DNA of 64,000 nucleotides from Eledone cirrhosa (GCA_964016885.1 OZ024743.1:24180001-24244000); one strand, 5' to 3'. Numbered from the stretch's first letter, positions 51,462-64,000 are shown. Made by a program: numbers and translations. The notes: generated from the sequence alone by a model not told the origin.

Positions 51462-51580
51462 TTTATCTCTTTCTCTTAATTTCGAGTACATTTTTTTTGA
51501 CCGGCCACCTTCCTGGTGGCAAGGTTGTAAAAGAAAAGAAATTGTCATCCCTTGAATCGCAAGAATGTTTTGCAAATTTT
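51462..51580 (-). mobile_element. Extreme 3' end of R4-like family A, inside (TATG)n
   Basis: Near-exact reverse complement of about 52373-52489, with TATG repeats on both sides. Confidence 0.9.
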
Positions 51581-51940
51581 ATGTATGTATGTATGTGTAC
51601 TTACATATTGCACGGCTTTTCGCTTATAATATATTTGATCTGTAGATCTATAAATGTGATGTGGATTTGTTTCTACCTTATATTTTCATTATATCGTAGA
51701 TGCATGGCAACATTTATTGCACACCATAGCTTGTATTTTATGATCACTAGAATTGCACTGCTTACTATACATAAACAGCTGTTCATACGTGCCTACTTAC
51801 CTACCTACCTGTCTGCATTCATACATACATACATACATGCATACATACATACATACATACATACATACATACATACATACATACATACATACATACATAC
51901 ATACATACATACATACATACATACATACATACATACGTAC

Positions 51941-52489
51941 ACAACCATCTGGAACGCACTTCGGAAAACAAAATTAACAACAAACGAGGAAGAATATATT
52001 GAGACAGATGGCACTAAGGAATACTGGTGGAACCTGAAAATAAAAACTGCCACCAAATTAAAGCACAACCGGCCTGATATTGTAGTTTGGGACCACACAT
52101 TGAAAACGTGTTCTGTTGTGGAGATCAGCTGCCCACTTGATGTAAACGTTGTCAGAAAAATACAGGAGAAGGAGGACATCTACGGACCATTGATGAGGAG
52201 TTTACAAATCCAGTATCCAAGATACACCTTTAGCTTCATACCCATCATTATTGGTGCTACGGGTTATATACCAACCCGCTTGGACCAAAGTATGACTGAA
52301 CTTGGATTTGCGGACAAAAAGCGCAGCTCCCTAATTCATAGTCTACAAATGGCTGCGATAGCTGGCACCTTCAAAATTTGCAAAACATTCTTGCGATTCA
52401 AGGGATGACAATTTCTTTTCTTTTACAACCTTGCCACCAGGAAGGTGGCCGGTCAAAAAAATATACTCAAAATTAAGAGAAAGAGAAAA
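51941..52489 (+). mobile_element. 5'-truncated R4-like RLE element, family A
   Basis: KHNRPDIVVWD...VVEISCP...KEDIYGPL RLE motifs; (CATA)n on both sides. Confidence 0.9.
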
Positions 52490-52603
52490 CGTACATACAT
52501 ACGTACGTACATACATACATGCATACATACATACGTACATACATACGTACATGCATACATACATACGTACATACATACATACATACATACATACATACAT
52601 ACA

Positions 52604-52635
<32 letters not shown>

Positions 52636-53480
52636 CACGAAATACCTGATTTACAAAAGAGATAGGGATGCAGGCAAAACACCTAGATGTGATAACAAGT
52701 GCAGACTCTGCAGAACTAACATCGAGGATATCACCCATGTCATCAGCAGCTGTCCAAAGATGTCATCGCGGTACTATCTACCTATGAGGCATGATGTAGT
52801 GGCCAAAACACTGTACACTCTAAAAAGATAGCCCCGATAATAAACACATTAAAAGCTACAGCAATTAGGAAGAAATCCATGTACATAATAAGAAAGAGTA
52901 CCTGTGGAATATTCCAGCAAAAACCCCAATAAAATGCAGGCATAACAGACCAGATATTATGATATGGGACAGGGAGAAGAAAGCATGCACAGTAGTGGAA
53001 ATTAGCTGCCCAGCAGATGCCAATCTAATCTCAAAGATTAGTGAAAAGGAGAATATTTATGCAGAACTAATGAGAAATCTGCAGATACTCCACCCTGATA
53101 ACACCTTCAGATTTATGCCTGTGGTTATTGGGGCACTGGGGTATGTTAGTAACTGCCTCAAGGCAAATCTTGAGAAGCTAGGGTTCACAGGAACAGAAAG
53201 AACACAATTAGTTAGGAAATTACAAGTACGATCCATTAATGGAACAGTAAAAATATGTAAAACATTCCAAAAATGTTGCATCTAATAACTGCATAAACAC
53301 ATGTACAGATGCAAAGCATATACACATGCACACATACAACTCAAAACATACACATCCACACATACAATAACATCCATATCTACACATGCATGCATACATA
53401 CATATCTACCTAGTTGAGTATCTATGTTAGAAACCGACTCTCTATTGGTAAAACTTTGTGAAATTATAAAACCAGAAGAA
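52636..53480 (+). mobile_element. 5'-truncated R4-like element, family B
   Basis: CRLC...HVISSC...RHD Zn knuckle plus RLE; nearly identical to 54523-55409; (CATA)n flanks. Confidence 0.92.
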
Positions 53481-53660
53481 CATACATACATACATACGTA
53501 CATACATACATACGTACGTACGTACGTGTATACATACATACATACATACATACATGCATACATGCATGCATACATACATACATACATACATACATACATA
53601 CATACATACATACATACATACATACATACATACATACATACATACATACATACATACATA

Positions 53661-55409
53661 AAAATCTTGACCTGGTTTCAACGTTCTCAAAGGATATAGG
53701 AATAGAGTTTGGCCAAGATAAATGCTCATACATGACTGTAAAGCGGGGAAAAACAGCAACCCAATCTAGCAACATTGTCATCAATGGTCTAACTGCTTCA
53801 CCGATATCTGATGAGGACTGCTACAGATACCTGGGGATAGATGAGAACATATCCTATAATGGTATCTGTAATAAAGAACGCGTAACCAGGGAATACTACA
53901 CCCGATTAAGAAAGATATGGTCATCGGAACTCTCTGCGCAAAACAAAACAGTGGCGCACAATGTGTTTGCTGTGCCTGTCCTAACACCAACGTTTGGAAT
54001 ACTCAATTGGACGATAGACGAAATCCGAGCAGTTGATGTTGGAACTCGAAAAATACTGAACAACACCGGAAACTTCCACATCAACAGTGACATAGACCGC
54101 CCTTACTTGAAACGTAAGCAGGGAGGCAGAGGCCTAATATCAGTCCAGACAACATTTGAATGTCGCATCATATCTCTCAGACAACATCTACGAACCTCGA
54201 AGCGTAGGATCCCGCTTCTCGAGCAAGTCTATCTGCATGAAACAGATAAGATCATGAGAGTTGGGAAGGAACTCCTTGAGAGATATTCCCTGTGTGATAA
54301 TCAAAAACTCACACCCAGGGATGTCGCTCAGCAGTATCGCAGTGAATCCATGGATGAAAAACTGCATGCCTATCAGCAAAAAATCATGCATGGATATGTT
54401 GCCAGGAAGCTCCAGACTGAAAGTAATATAGATAAGGAAAGTAGTCTATCTTGGACCAACAACCGCTATATTGGCTCCCACTTTGAAGGATACGCTTTTG
54501 CAGTCCAAGAACAGGGGATTAGCACGAAATACCTGATTCACAAAAGAGATAGGGATGCAGGCAAAACACCTAGATGTGATAACAAGTGCAGACTCTGCAG
54601 AACTAACATCGAGGATATCACCCATGTCATCAGCAGCTGCCCAAAGATGTCATCGCGATACTATCTACCTATGAGGCATGATGCAGTGGCCAAAACACTG
54701 TACAATGCAGTTCGTAAAAAAGATAGCCCCGATAACAAACACATTAAAAGCTACAACAATGTGGAAGACAGCCATGTACATAATATGAAAGAGTACTGGT
54801 GGAATGTTCTAGTAAAAACCCCAATAAAATGCAGGAATAACAGACCAGATATTATGATATGGGACAGGGAGAAGAAAACATGCACAGTAGTGGAAATTAG
54901 CTGCCCAGCAGATGCCAATATAATATCAAAGATTAGTGAAAAGGAGAATATTTATGCAGAACTGATGAGAAATCTGCAGATACTCCACCCTGACTATACC
55001 TTCAGATTTATGCCTGTGATTATTGGGGCACTGGGATATGTTAGTAACTGCCTCAATACAAATATTGAGAAGCTAGGCTTCACAGGAACAGAAAGAACAC
55101 AACTAGTTAGGAAATTACAAGTACAATCCATTAATGGAACAGTAAAAATATGTAAAACATTCCAAAAATGTTGCATCTAATAACTGCATATACACATGTA
55201 CAGATACAAAGCATATACACATGCACACATACAACTCAAAACATACACATCCACACATACAATAACATCCATATCTACACACACATGCATGCCTACATAC
55301 ATATCTACCTAGTTGATGTGTAAATTCCAAGGAGAGAGTCTTGTGTCTATGTTAGAAACCGACTCTCTCTCTATTGGTAAAACTTTGTGAAATTATAAAA
55401 CCAGAAGAA
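53661..55409 (+). mobile_element. 5'-truncated R4-like element, family B, with an open 482-aa frame (53732-55180)
   Basis: YRYLG (RT end), GGRGL, CRLC..H...C, RHD, NRPDI, EISCP, KENIY; (CATA)n flanks. Confidence 0.93.
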
Positions 55410-55770
55410 CATACATACATACATACATACATACATGCATACATACATACATACATACATGCATACATACATACATACATACATGCATACATACATATAT
55501 ACATACATACATACATACATACATACATACATACATACATACATACTTGCATGCTTGCCTGTATCTCTACCTGCTTACTCACCAGCGAGTCCATCTACCA
55601 AGCTTAAAATGGGGAGTAACTCTCGATGACTTTTGTTAATAGAAACAAACAATCAAATTTTTTAATCGTTTGCGATACTCGCATTGTTTTGCTTAACAAT
55701 AACATTTGAAAAGTCAAGCAATCATGTTTTGTGTAAGCAGCACTTAAATGATAAAACAAAAATTACATTT

Positions 55771-55798
55771 AAACCCGAACAGAATAAATTTATTTAGG
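55771..55798 (-). terminator. Conserved polyadenylation signal block of paralogue 3
   Basis: AATAAA at 55789-55794 (minus strand), in the shared context. Confidence 0.65.
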
Positions 55799-55863
55799 TC
55801 AGTCCTTTTTGTGGATGTACACGGTTGTAATACTTTCTCCCTTGACGCGCATACAGATGATGT

Positions 55864-58800
55864 TCATATGTGATGTACAAACCCATGGGCGAAGCATGGT
55901 GAACAAATGCTATTTGTATTATGAGTGATGTTATATGGTGTCTGTGTTGTTGGTGTCTCTGTTGTTTTCATAACTTCATAAGATGTTACTGTTTTTCCTG
56001 AGCAATCTTCGATTTCAATATGTAGATTTTGTAAGCAATGATGATGAGAGTGTTCAGTGAGCATTAATTCAAATTCGTTCTCGCGGCCATAATCTAATGT
56101 TCCAATCAGTGTTGTCTTAGAGACTTCAGATATGTTATTTGTTCGTGATAGTGAACATGTATTTACCTGTGAATATTCGCATGTTGCAATTGGAAATGCT
56201 GATGGAGCATGCTCGCATATCATTTGTGGTATATCTACTAGTTGAATACTCTCTTCTACTTCAGTTATAAATAATTGTGGAAGAGAAGCTTGTTCTATAA
56301 GCCCTTCGCTTTCGTTTGTATCGACTGTTATTATCAATTCTTCATCAACTTCAGTTATATCCTCTGCTTCTATAAGATATTCTTCTACTTCAGGTATAGC
56401 TACCGTTTCTAAAAGTTCTATAGGATATTCTTCGACTTCAGCTATAGCTACTGTTTCGAAAATTTCTATAGGATATTCTTCGACTTCAGCTATAGCTACT
56501 GTTTCGAAAGGTTCTATAGGATATTCTTTGACTTCAGCTATAGCTACTGTTTCGAAAAGTTCTATAGGATATTCTTCGACTTCAGCTGTAGCTACTGTTT
56601 CGAAAGGTTCTCTAGGATATTCTTCGACTTCAGCTATAGCTACTGTTTTTAAAAGTTCTATAGGATATTCTTCGACTTCACTTGTATGTTTCGGTTCTAT
56701 AGACTCTTTTACGATTTCAGTTATATCCACTGCTTCTATAGGATCTTCTTCGGCTTTAGCTGTAACTGCCAGTTCTATAGGCACTTCTTCAACTTCAGTT
56801 AAATCAACTTGTTCTATAGCTTCTTCTTCGACTTCAGTTTTATCCACTGGTCCTATAGGCTCTTCCTTCATTTCAGGTGTATATGCCGGTCCTATAGGCT
56901 CTTTCTCCACTTCAGGTGTATATGCCGGTTCTATAGGCTCTTCCTCCACTTCAGGTGTATATGCCGGTTCTATAGGCTCTTCCTCCACTTCAGGTGTATA
57001 TGCCGGTTCTATAGGCTCTTCCTTCACTTCAGGTGTATATGCCGGTTCTATAGGTTCTTCCTTCACTTCAGGTGTATGTGTCGGTACCATAGCTTCTTCG
57101 TTCATTTCAGCTTTAATTTTCGGTTCTATAGGCTTTTCCTCCACTTCAGGTGTATATGACGGTTTTATGTGCTCTTCCTTCACTTCAGGTGTATATGCCA
57201 GTTTTATAGGCTCTTTCTTCACTTCAGGTGTATATGCCGGTTTTATAGGCTCTTCCTTCACTTCAGGTGTATATGCCGGTTTTATAGGCTCTTCCTTCAC
57301 TTCGGGTGTATATGCCGGTTTTATAGGCTCTTTCTTCACTTCAGGTGTATATGCCGGTTTTATAGGCTCTTTCTTCACTTCAGGTGTATATGCCGGTTTT
57401 ATAGGCTCTTTCTTCACTTCAGGTGTATATGATGGTTTTATAGGCTTTTCCTTCACTTCAGGTGTATATGCCGGTTTTATAGGCTCTTTCTTCACTTCAG
57501 GTGTATATGTCGGTTTTATAGGCTCTTCCTTCACTTCAGGTGTATATGCCGGTTTTATAGGCTCTTCCTTCACTTCAGGTGTATATGCCGGTTTTATAGG
57601 CTCTTCCTTCACTTCAGGTGTATATGCCGGTTTTATAGGCTCTTCCTTCACTTCGGGTGTATATGCCGGTTTTATAGGCTCTTTCTTCACTTCTGGTGTA
57701 TATGCCGGTTTTATAGGCTCTTCTTTCACTGCAGGTGTATATGCTGGTTTTATAGGCTCTACCTTCACTTCAGGTGTAAATGCCGGTTTTATAGGCTCTT
57801 CCTTCACCTCAGGTGTATATGACGGTTTTATAGGCTTTTCCTTCACTTCAGGTGTATATACCGGTTTTATAGGCTCTTCCTTCACTTCAGGTATATATGC
57901 CGGTTTTATAGGCTCTTCTTTCACTTCAGGTGTATATGCCCGTTTTATAGGCTCTTCTTTCACTTCAGGTATATATGCCGGTTTTATAGGCTCTTCTTTC
58001 ACTTCAGGTGTATATGCCGGTTTTATAGGCTCTTCTTTCACTTCAGGTGTATATGCCGGTTTTATAGGCTCTTCCTTCACTTCAGGTGTATATGCCGGTT
58101 CTATAGGCTCTTCCTCCACTGGAGGTGTATATGCCGGTTCAATAGGCTCTTCCTCCACTTCAGGTGTATATACCGGTTCTATAGGCTTTTCCTTCACTTC
58201 AGGTGTATATACCGGTTCTATAGGCTCTTCCTCCACTTCAGGTGTATATGCCGGTTCTATAGGCTCTTCCTCCACTTCAGGTGTATATGCCGGTTCTATA
58301 GGTTCTTCGTTCACTTCAGGTGTATGTGTCGGTACCATAGCTTCTTCGTTCACTTCAGCTTTAATTTTCGGTTCTATAGGCTTTTCCTCCACTTCAGGTG
58401 TATATGCCGGTTCTATAGGTTCTTCGTTCACTTCAGGTGTATATGCCGGTGCCATAGCTTCTTCGTTCACTTCAGCTTTAATTTTCGGTTTTATAGGCTC
58501 TTTCTCCACTTCAGGTGTATATGCCGGTTCTATAGGTTCTTCGTTCACTTTAGGTGTATATGCCGGTTTTATGGGCTTTTCCTTCACTTTAGGTGTATAT
58601 GCCAGTTCCGTAGGTTCTTCTTTCACTTCAGCTATATAAACGGGAGCGCGTTCATCCACAACCTCAACCGGCATAATGGGATCATAATTTATATCAGATA
58701 TTGGAAATATTGCTAGGGCTGGAGATGACGAAATGGGTTCAACTATGTGACATGTTTCAATAATTTCCTCACTCTGTAGTAGCTCCAGCTCCAAGATTTC

Positions 58801-59799
58801 CTCGGTCTCCACTATCTCCAATTGGGACTCTTCTGGTGTACCACCTATCTCTAATAATATATCCGTTACTCCTTCCGATATTTCACATATTGGTGGTGTA
58901 GTATCAATATATTCTATTGCTAAGTCTTGTTCCACTTCTTCAGTAATATCAACTATCTGGGCTGAGCAAATATCAATTTTACTTGCAACTTCCGTCAATA
59001 TGTCAGTGTCACTCTCCTGGTAATTTTTGTTAACTGTATCGATGTATTGCTCAGCGGCATCAGTATATATTGTGTGAGCTGGGTGAATACATATATTATC
59101 GCAACAGCAATCTGATACCAGTGTATCTTTGTACCAAGACTCCGATATCGGGACATGTTCATAACAACAGTCTGGCACCGGTACATGTTCATGACAACAG
59201 TCTGGCACCGGTACATGCTCATGAAAACAGACTGGTACCGGTACATGTTTATGACAACAGTCTGGTACCGGTACATGCTCATGAAAACAGACTGGTACCG
59301 GTACATGTTTATGACAACAGTCTGGTACCGGTACATGTTTATGACAATAACCTGGTACCGGTACATGTTTATGACAATAGCCTGGTACCGGTACATGTTT
59401 ATGACAATAGCCTGGTACCGGTCCATGTTTATGACAATAGCCTGGTACCGGTACATGTTTATGACAATAGCCTGGTACTTGTACATGTTTATGACAATAG
59501 CCTGGTACCGGTACATGTTTATGACAACAGCCTGGTACCGGTACATGTTTATAGCAATAGCCTGGTACCGGTACATGTTTATGACAACAACCTCGTCCCG
59601 GTACATGTTGATAACAACAGCTTGAATCCTTTATATATTCACAACATTCTGATACTAATGCAGGTTTACAGCTAATATCTGATACCGATCTATGTTCATG
59701 ACAACAGTTAAGAGGTGCATAGTGGCAAATTCGCATTGGGCCATGCCTCGTCATCGCTGAATACCCATGTTGTCTATGATAGTGCTCCTTGGTATTCAT
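55864..59799 (-). CDS. Paralogue 3: 1311-aa protein with His/Cys 10-aa repeats (CHKHVPVPGY)n, a long (PAYTPEVKEEPIK)n array and 15-aa acidic repeats
   Basis: Uninterrupted 3.9-kb ORF; CIHPAHTIYTDAAEQYI...TTPPI closely matches paralogue 1; C-terminal CLQNLHIEIEDCSG. Confidence 0.85.
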   Translation of the reverse strand: MNTKEHYHRQHGYSAMTRHGPMRICHYAPLNCCHEHRSVSDISCKPALVSECCEYIKDSSCCYQHVPGRGCCHKHVPVPGYCYKHVPVPGCCHKHVPVPGYCHKHVQVPGYCHKHVPVPGYCHKHGPVPGYCHKHVPVPGYCHKHVPVPGYCHKHVPVPDCCHKHVPVPVCFHEHVPVPDCCHKHVPVPVCFHEHVPVPDCCHEHVPVPDCCYEHVPISESWYKDTLVSDCCCDNICIHPAHTIYTDAAEQYIDTVNKNYQESDTDILTEVASKIDICSAQIVDITEEVEQDLAIEYIDTTPPICEISEGVTDILLEIGGTPEESQLEIVETEEILELELLQSEEIIETCHIVEPISSSPALAIFPISDINYDPIMPVEVVDERAPVYIAEVKEEPTELAYTPKVKEKPIKPAYTPKVNEEPIEPAYTPEVEKEPIKPKIKAEVNEEAMAPAYTPEVNEEPIEPAYTPEVEEKPIEPKIKAEVNEEAMVPTHTPEVNEEPIEPAYTPEVEEEPIEPAYTPEVEEEPIEPVYTPEVKEKPIEPVYTPEVEEEPIEPAYTPPVEEEPIEPAYTPEVKEEPIKPAYTPEVKEEPIKPAYTPEVKEEPIKPAYIPEVKEEPIKRAYTPEVKEEPIKPAYIPEVKEEPIKPVYTPEVKEKPIKPSYTPEVKEEPIKPAFTPEVKVEPIKPAYTPAVKEEPIKPAYTPEVKKEPIKPAYTPEVKEEPIKPAYTPEVKEEPIKPAYTPEVKEEPIKPAYTPEVKEEPIKPTYTPEVKKEPIKPAYTPEVKEKPIKPSYTPEVKKEPIKPAYTPEVKKEPIKPAYTPEVKKEPIKPAYTPEVKEEPIKPAYTPEVKEEPIKPAYTPEVKKEPIKLAYTPEVKEEHIKPSYTPEVEEKPIEPKIKAEMNEEAMVPTHTPEVKEEPIEPAYTPEVKEEPIEPAYTPEVEEEPIEPAYTPEVEEEPIEPAYTPEVEKEPIGPAYTPEMKEEPIGPVDKTEVEEEAIEQVDLTEVEEVPIELAVTAKAEEDPIEAVDITEIVKESIEPKHTSEVEEYPIELLKTVAIAEVEEYPREPFETVATAEVEEYPIELFETVAIAEVKEYPIEPFETVAIAEVEEYPIEIFETVAIAEVEEYPIELLETVAIPEVEEYLIEAEDITEVDEELIITVDTNESEGLIEQASLPQLFITEVEESIQLVDIPQMICEHAPSAFPIATCEYSQVNTCSLSRTNNISEVSKTTLIGTLDYGRENEFELMLTEHSHHHCLQNLHIEIEDCSGKTVTSYEVMKTTETPTTQTPYNITHNTNSICSPCFAHGFVHHI

Positions 59800-59834
59800 T
59801 ATCCCAGTTGTATATTAGATTTAATTGCAATCAA

Positions 59835-60710
59835 ACAATCTCAGATGTTCTGGATTTTAGCTTAGTTGTCTGGAGTATGATAGAACAATTTTGTTTCTTA
59901 CTATCAATTCACAGTAGTCAATTGTTATAACTGGAATGCTTTAATGAAAATGTTGAGTTTTTACAAATATGATTGGTCTAAAATCTTTGATATTTAATAT
60001 TTTGTATGCTCAACAAAACCAAAATATCAATAAGCGAGCTAAACATTGACAAATACGACGAAGTGAAGAAAACACAAATTCTGTTTACCTTTACAGTTGT
60101 AATTATTATTCCTTTTGATAACTTCGAAATCTACACAGCTAATATATATCCTATTATATGATCAAGTACACATACTATAATATTTAAGCCACTGGATCAG
60201 ATCTATATTATAAATGGTGCTATTTATGTTAATCTTTTGTGTGTATATGATGTATATGATGTACATATACAACAAATATTTGAGCCGTTTTCATTCCGTC
60301 TTGTTAGCGTCTCCAGAGATTAGTATACGTATGACAACCATCACACATCACAACCAAAATTAGCAAATATGAAACCAAAGAGATAATATAATGATTACTG
60401 TTCCTGCTGTGCAAAATACATTCCTGTTATTTTTGTTCATATTAACCAAATATAGATCTGAAGTTCAGGTGAAAGTTTTAAATCCAGATAACACTAAATG
60501 TCTTATCTCATATCTATCAAAGGAAGTTTGAAACAGAGCTTACGCTGTTTGATTTCGTTGTTGGTTTTGATGGCAGTGATGACTGCACTAACATATGATG
60601 GCGTTCTATTCTTTATATATATATATTATTAAATAGAACTATGTTATCAAGCAATCATTCTGTTGGTGTGACAAATTTAAAACTATGGCAATCGCATTTG
60701 TGGCGTTTCA
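59835..60710 (-). promoter_or_regulatory. Conserved upstream region of paralogue 3
   Basis: Same ordered blocks as the other two paralogues. Confidence 0.65.
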
Positions 60711-60867
60711 TAAGAAATTGAAAATAATCTTTTCTATACCTCAACCTCATTAAGTAAGATTCACAAGTAATACCAATCACTCATTCAGACATCCACGTTT
60801 TCCTTGTTGTTTCATTCTATGTTCTCAAAATAATGTATAATATACAGAGTGTATTATATAATATGTA

Positions 60868-61060
60868 AGGGCGACGGATTGGCAGTTTCGGTAGAGAGTC
60901 GGACGCCATAATCTACAACATAGAGTTACGGCCCTTTACTTTCTGAGTTCAAATCCCGCCGAGCTTAACTTTGCTTTGCATCCTTACGGGGTCGATAAAA
61001 TAACGTGCCAGTAATACACTGGGGTAATTGCTGGCCTTGTACCAAAAGTAGAAACAATTA
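60868..61060 (+). mobile_element. tRNA-derived SINE (main family), near full length
   Basis: gggcgacggattggcagtttcgg ... gagttcaaatccc ... gtagaaacaattat. Confidence 0.88.
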
Positions 61061-61194
61061 TATAGTATGTATAACTGAAATCCCATTTTTTCATCGTTGA
61101 AACGGTGAAAGCATAGATTTTGTGCTTAAAACTATAATTGTAAAAGCTGAAAATAAGTGTAAAATTACGCACACATGTACACCAGGTCAGAACT

Positions 61195-61568
61195 CATAGG
61201 AACCAAACTCCCACTGTCATCGCCTCTATCCCCCCGTCCCCCCGCCCTACTGATCTCTCACTATTATGAACAAATAGGGTCCCATATGCTGGCCGCCCCG
61301 CGGCCTCGGTGAGCAGAATAAAGAAGGCGTTTCCCCGGAGGATTGTGAGAGAGATGCGCTGGAAGAGTCACTTCAGCTCGCGAGGCTCACACCTGCGGTT
61401 AGCCAGCTCTGCTCCGATGGTGGTGAGTAGCGAGGTGGCCCTAGGACCAAGGACACCAGAAGTCTCTACTGCTACGGGATCGATTGCAAACCCGTCGGTG
61501 AGCGATCGATATCTGAAGAGTTTACCCTCCTCAGGCCGAAGTGCAGCAGAGCCTGGGTTAGTCGCCTG
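61195..61568 (-). mobile_element. CRE-like 3' end fragment
   Basis: Reverse-complement similarity to 44515-44820. Confidence 0.7.
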
Positions 61569-62173
61569 AATTTTGCTGTTTTTCCGTCACTAATTTGACA
61601 GGGTAAAATAAACAAAAAATAAACAAATTTAAGCAAAACCAAGACTACAAATACATATGCCGAAATCTGTGATTTAAAATAGTATATTACATGAATATAG
61701 TTAATTGAAAATGTGTTCCATAGAATGAAAGATTAAAAGAACAAAACCGGAATTATGTTTGCACCATATATTATATGTAAGCAAATATTTTGAGAATGAA
61801 TTGTTTCAAAATAGTCTAAAAAGCTGCTTCCTATATTACCGTACTACTGCTTGTATGACTCATATACACATGATAGATAGAGTTTGTATATAAATGACCT
61901 ATTACCTTTCTTATATGTTTTTTTATCAACCTTACAGCACTATTTTCCATATCTGTATTCACTACTTGCATTTAAAAAATTCGACATCTAGATCGATAGA
62001 CAAATTGTTATTTCTTCCAATAAAATATGCAAATATGTATGAAAACGTTGATTGAAAAATGATCTCATACAATTACATACTGTATACTTGAAAAAATCAT
62101 CGTTAGTGTTTGTTAAAGCTAGCTTGCTTGGAATGTTGTTGATTATGCTTCGTAATGTTTATAGTGAGAAAAA

Positions 62174-62343
62174 TAATTGTTTCTACTTTTGGCACAAGGC
62201 CAAAAATTATCCAGTACATTACTGGTACTTTATTTTATCGACCCCGTAGGGGTGAAAAGCAAAGTTAACCTCGACGGGATTTGAACTCAGACGTAACTAT
62301 GCTAGAAAGCATGGCGTCCAACCCTCTACTGATATTGCCAATT
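62174..62343 (-). mobile_element. tRNA-derived SINE (main family)
   Basis: Matches the family consensus. Confidence 0.85.
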
Positions 62344-63524
62344 CAAAGAATAATGTAAAATACTTTGCTGTGAGAATACGACCAATTGTGTCTTCAAAAC
62401 TTTGGAAATTATTTCAAAATCCCGACCAATTTCATCGGGAACATTCGACGATAACACTTTGCTCGGAGGATTTATTGGTGGAGAGGCATATTTTCACTAA
62501 ACAAAATCCAGTAAAACAAAATAACGATCAGAAATATGTATAAACATTTATTGCTGACTGAATTTTCATTCGGACTGCAGGGCCCAAAACACTGATAATA
62601 GAAAGAGGTGACTGCCACAGAAAGGATCGCAATCATCGGTGGCGTAGGCATCTCATTGCAATGATCCACTTGAATTAATCATTGGAAGACTGTGTTATAT
62701 AGACGCATGTACTCACGAATATTCAAACACATGCACTCACAAAGAAAAGTGATCACAAATATATAAAAACACATTGCCAACTAAATTCTCTTTTGGACTG
62801 CTATGTCAACGATACTATTACCAACAATAACATCAACTCATTACATCAAAAAACATCGCAACGACCATCGATGAAATTAGTGCACCCAACTCCTCGAAAG
62901 AGTTAACTGTTATTGTGACATGTACATTAATGATGCTTAAGAGTTTACCAGTACCCCTATCACCCGCCCACCTCCCTATTTCTTTGGGCGTTTTCTGTGA
63001 CACAAGGAAGATCAGAAAGTTTTAGAGTATGACAGTTTTAACTCCCTGTCTTGCATTGGCCTGATCCGACGTGTTTTAAAATCTCTCTCAACGTGGTGAT
63101 GTTGCAGTTACTTCTGGCCCACGTCTGAGCAGTAGCAGCCGACCACCGGAACTCAAACCCAAACAGTGAGATTTTACCATGGCAAACACCACTCTGTTCA
63201 AAAGCTTCCGTATATTAACAGCCGACGACCTCAGCATAAATTCCGACGATCTTCAGCATAAATTCTAAGCTAATTGAAGTCAATGTCCCCCACGGAACTA
63301 TTTAACTGTCTACACCGATACCACTTCTCGAAGCTTATCTCAGTTGTACTCCATCGGTCTACCCATTCGCTTACTTCTTATACGGGTATCCGTGTGTGCT
63401 CTTCGTCGTGGATAATGCTATTCCATCTTCCACCGTTGAGCTGTTAGGTCCTCTCCCCTTCGTGTTCCATGTAGACACATAGCATTACAGCACTATTCAA
63501 TGTGTGGTATTTGGAAGAGGCATG

Positions 63525-63900
63525 CTGTATGGCATAGGGTGACAGCGCTTTACGTTCTGAGTTCAAATCTCGACGAGGTTAGTTTTGCCTTTCATCCTTA
63601 CAGGGTCGATAAGATAAAATAAAGTAGCAGTAACGCACTGGTTCGATTTAGTCGACTTTCCCCTCCCCCAAAATTACTGGCCTGTTGTCTGTACTAGAAA
63701 TCATTATTAATATCGGTGAATTGGCAGTATCGGTAGAGGGTTGGACGCCATGCTTTCTAGCATAGTTACGTCCCTTTACAGTCTGAGTTCAAATCCCGCC
63801 GAGGTGAACTTTGTCTTTCATCCTTACTGGGTCGATAAAATAAAGTACCAGTAATGTACTGGTAAATTGCTGGCCTTGTGCCTAAAGTAGAAACAATTAT
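63525..63900 (+). mobile_element. Two tandem main-family SINEs (about 63525-63707 and 63712-63900)
   Basis: Two B-boxes and two gggtcgataa...aaagta.cagt segments. Confidence 0.85.
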
Positions 63901-64000
63901 TAATATTACTGTTGTTGTTGTTGTTATTTTCCTTATTATCATCATTATTATCAATTTCGTTAGTTCTGTTATTGATCATGCTACTTGTCGTTATTCAGCT

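Noticed and set aside
51359-52408. 349-aa ORF as a gene
   Set aside because: Chance read-through of microsatellites, an inverted element end and an RLE fragment.
56528-58639. 703-aa plus-strand ORF (and similar ORFs at 17445, 18193, 37355, 39038, 59070)
   Set aside because: Antisense shadows of the coding repeats, confined to the arrays and mostly lacking an ATG start.

Overview
Repeat-rich, AT-rich animal genomic DNA. The SINE and microsatellite content suggests a cephalopod such as Octopus; this is inference. The main structure is three tandem paralogous genes on the minus strand about 19-20 kb apart (17406-20708, 36403-41169, 55864-59799), each a single uninterrupted ORF of 1100-1600 aa. 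They share Cys-rich segments, a roughly 40-aa module present 1-3 times, a 13-aa repeat that expanded independently in each gene, a C-terminal CLQN(I/L)xIEI motif, about 0.8 kb of homologous upstream DNA and a conserved AATAAA block. I do not recognise the family. Between the genes are: R4-like RLE retrotransposons stacked in (CATA)n microsatellites; a near full-length Tx1/L1-like LINE flanked by (AAT)n; CRE-like and RTE-like fragments; a Helitron 3' end; Penelope-like remnants with hammerhead ribozyme cores; and many tRNA-derived SINEs. There are also large (CCA)n, 18-bp and (CTAC)n tandem arrays and one 200-N gap. Repeat boundaries were placed by eye and are approximate.
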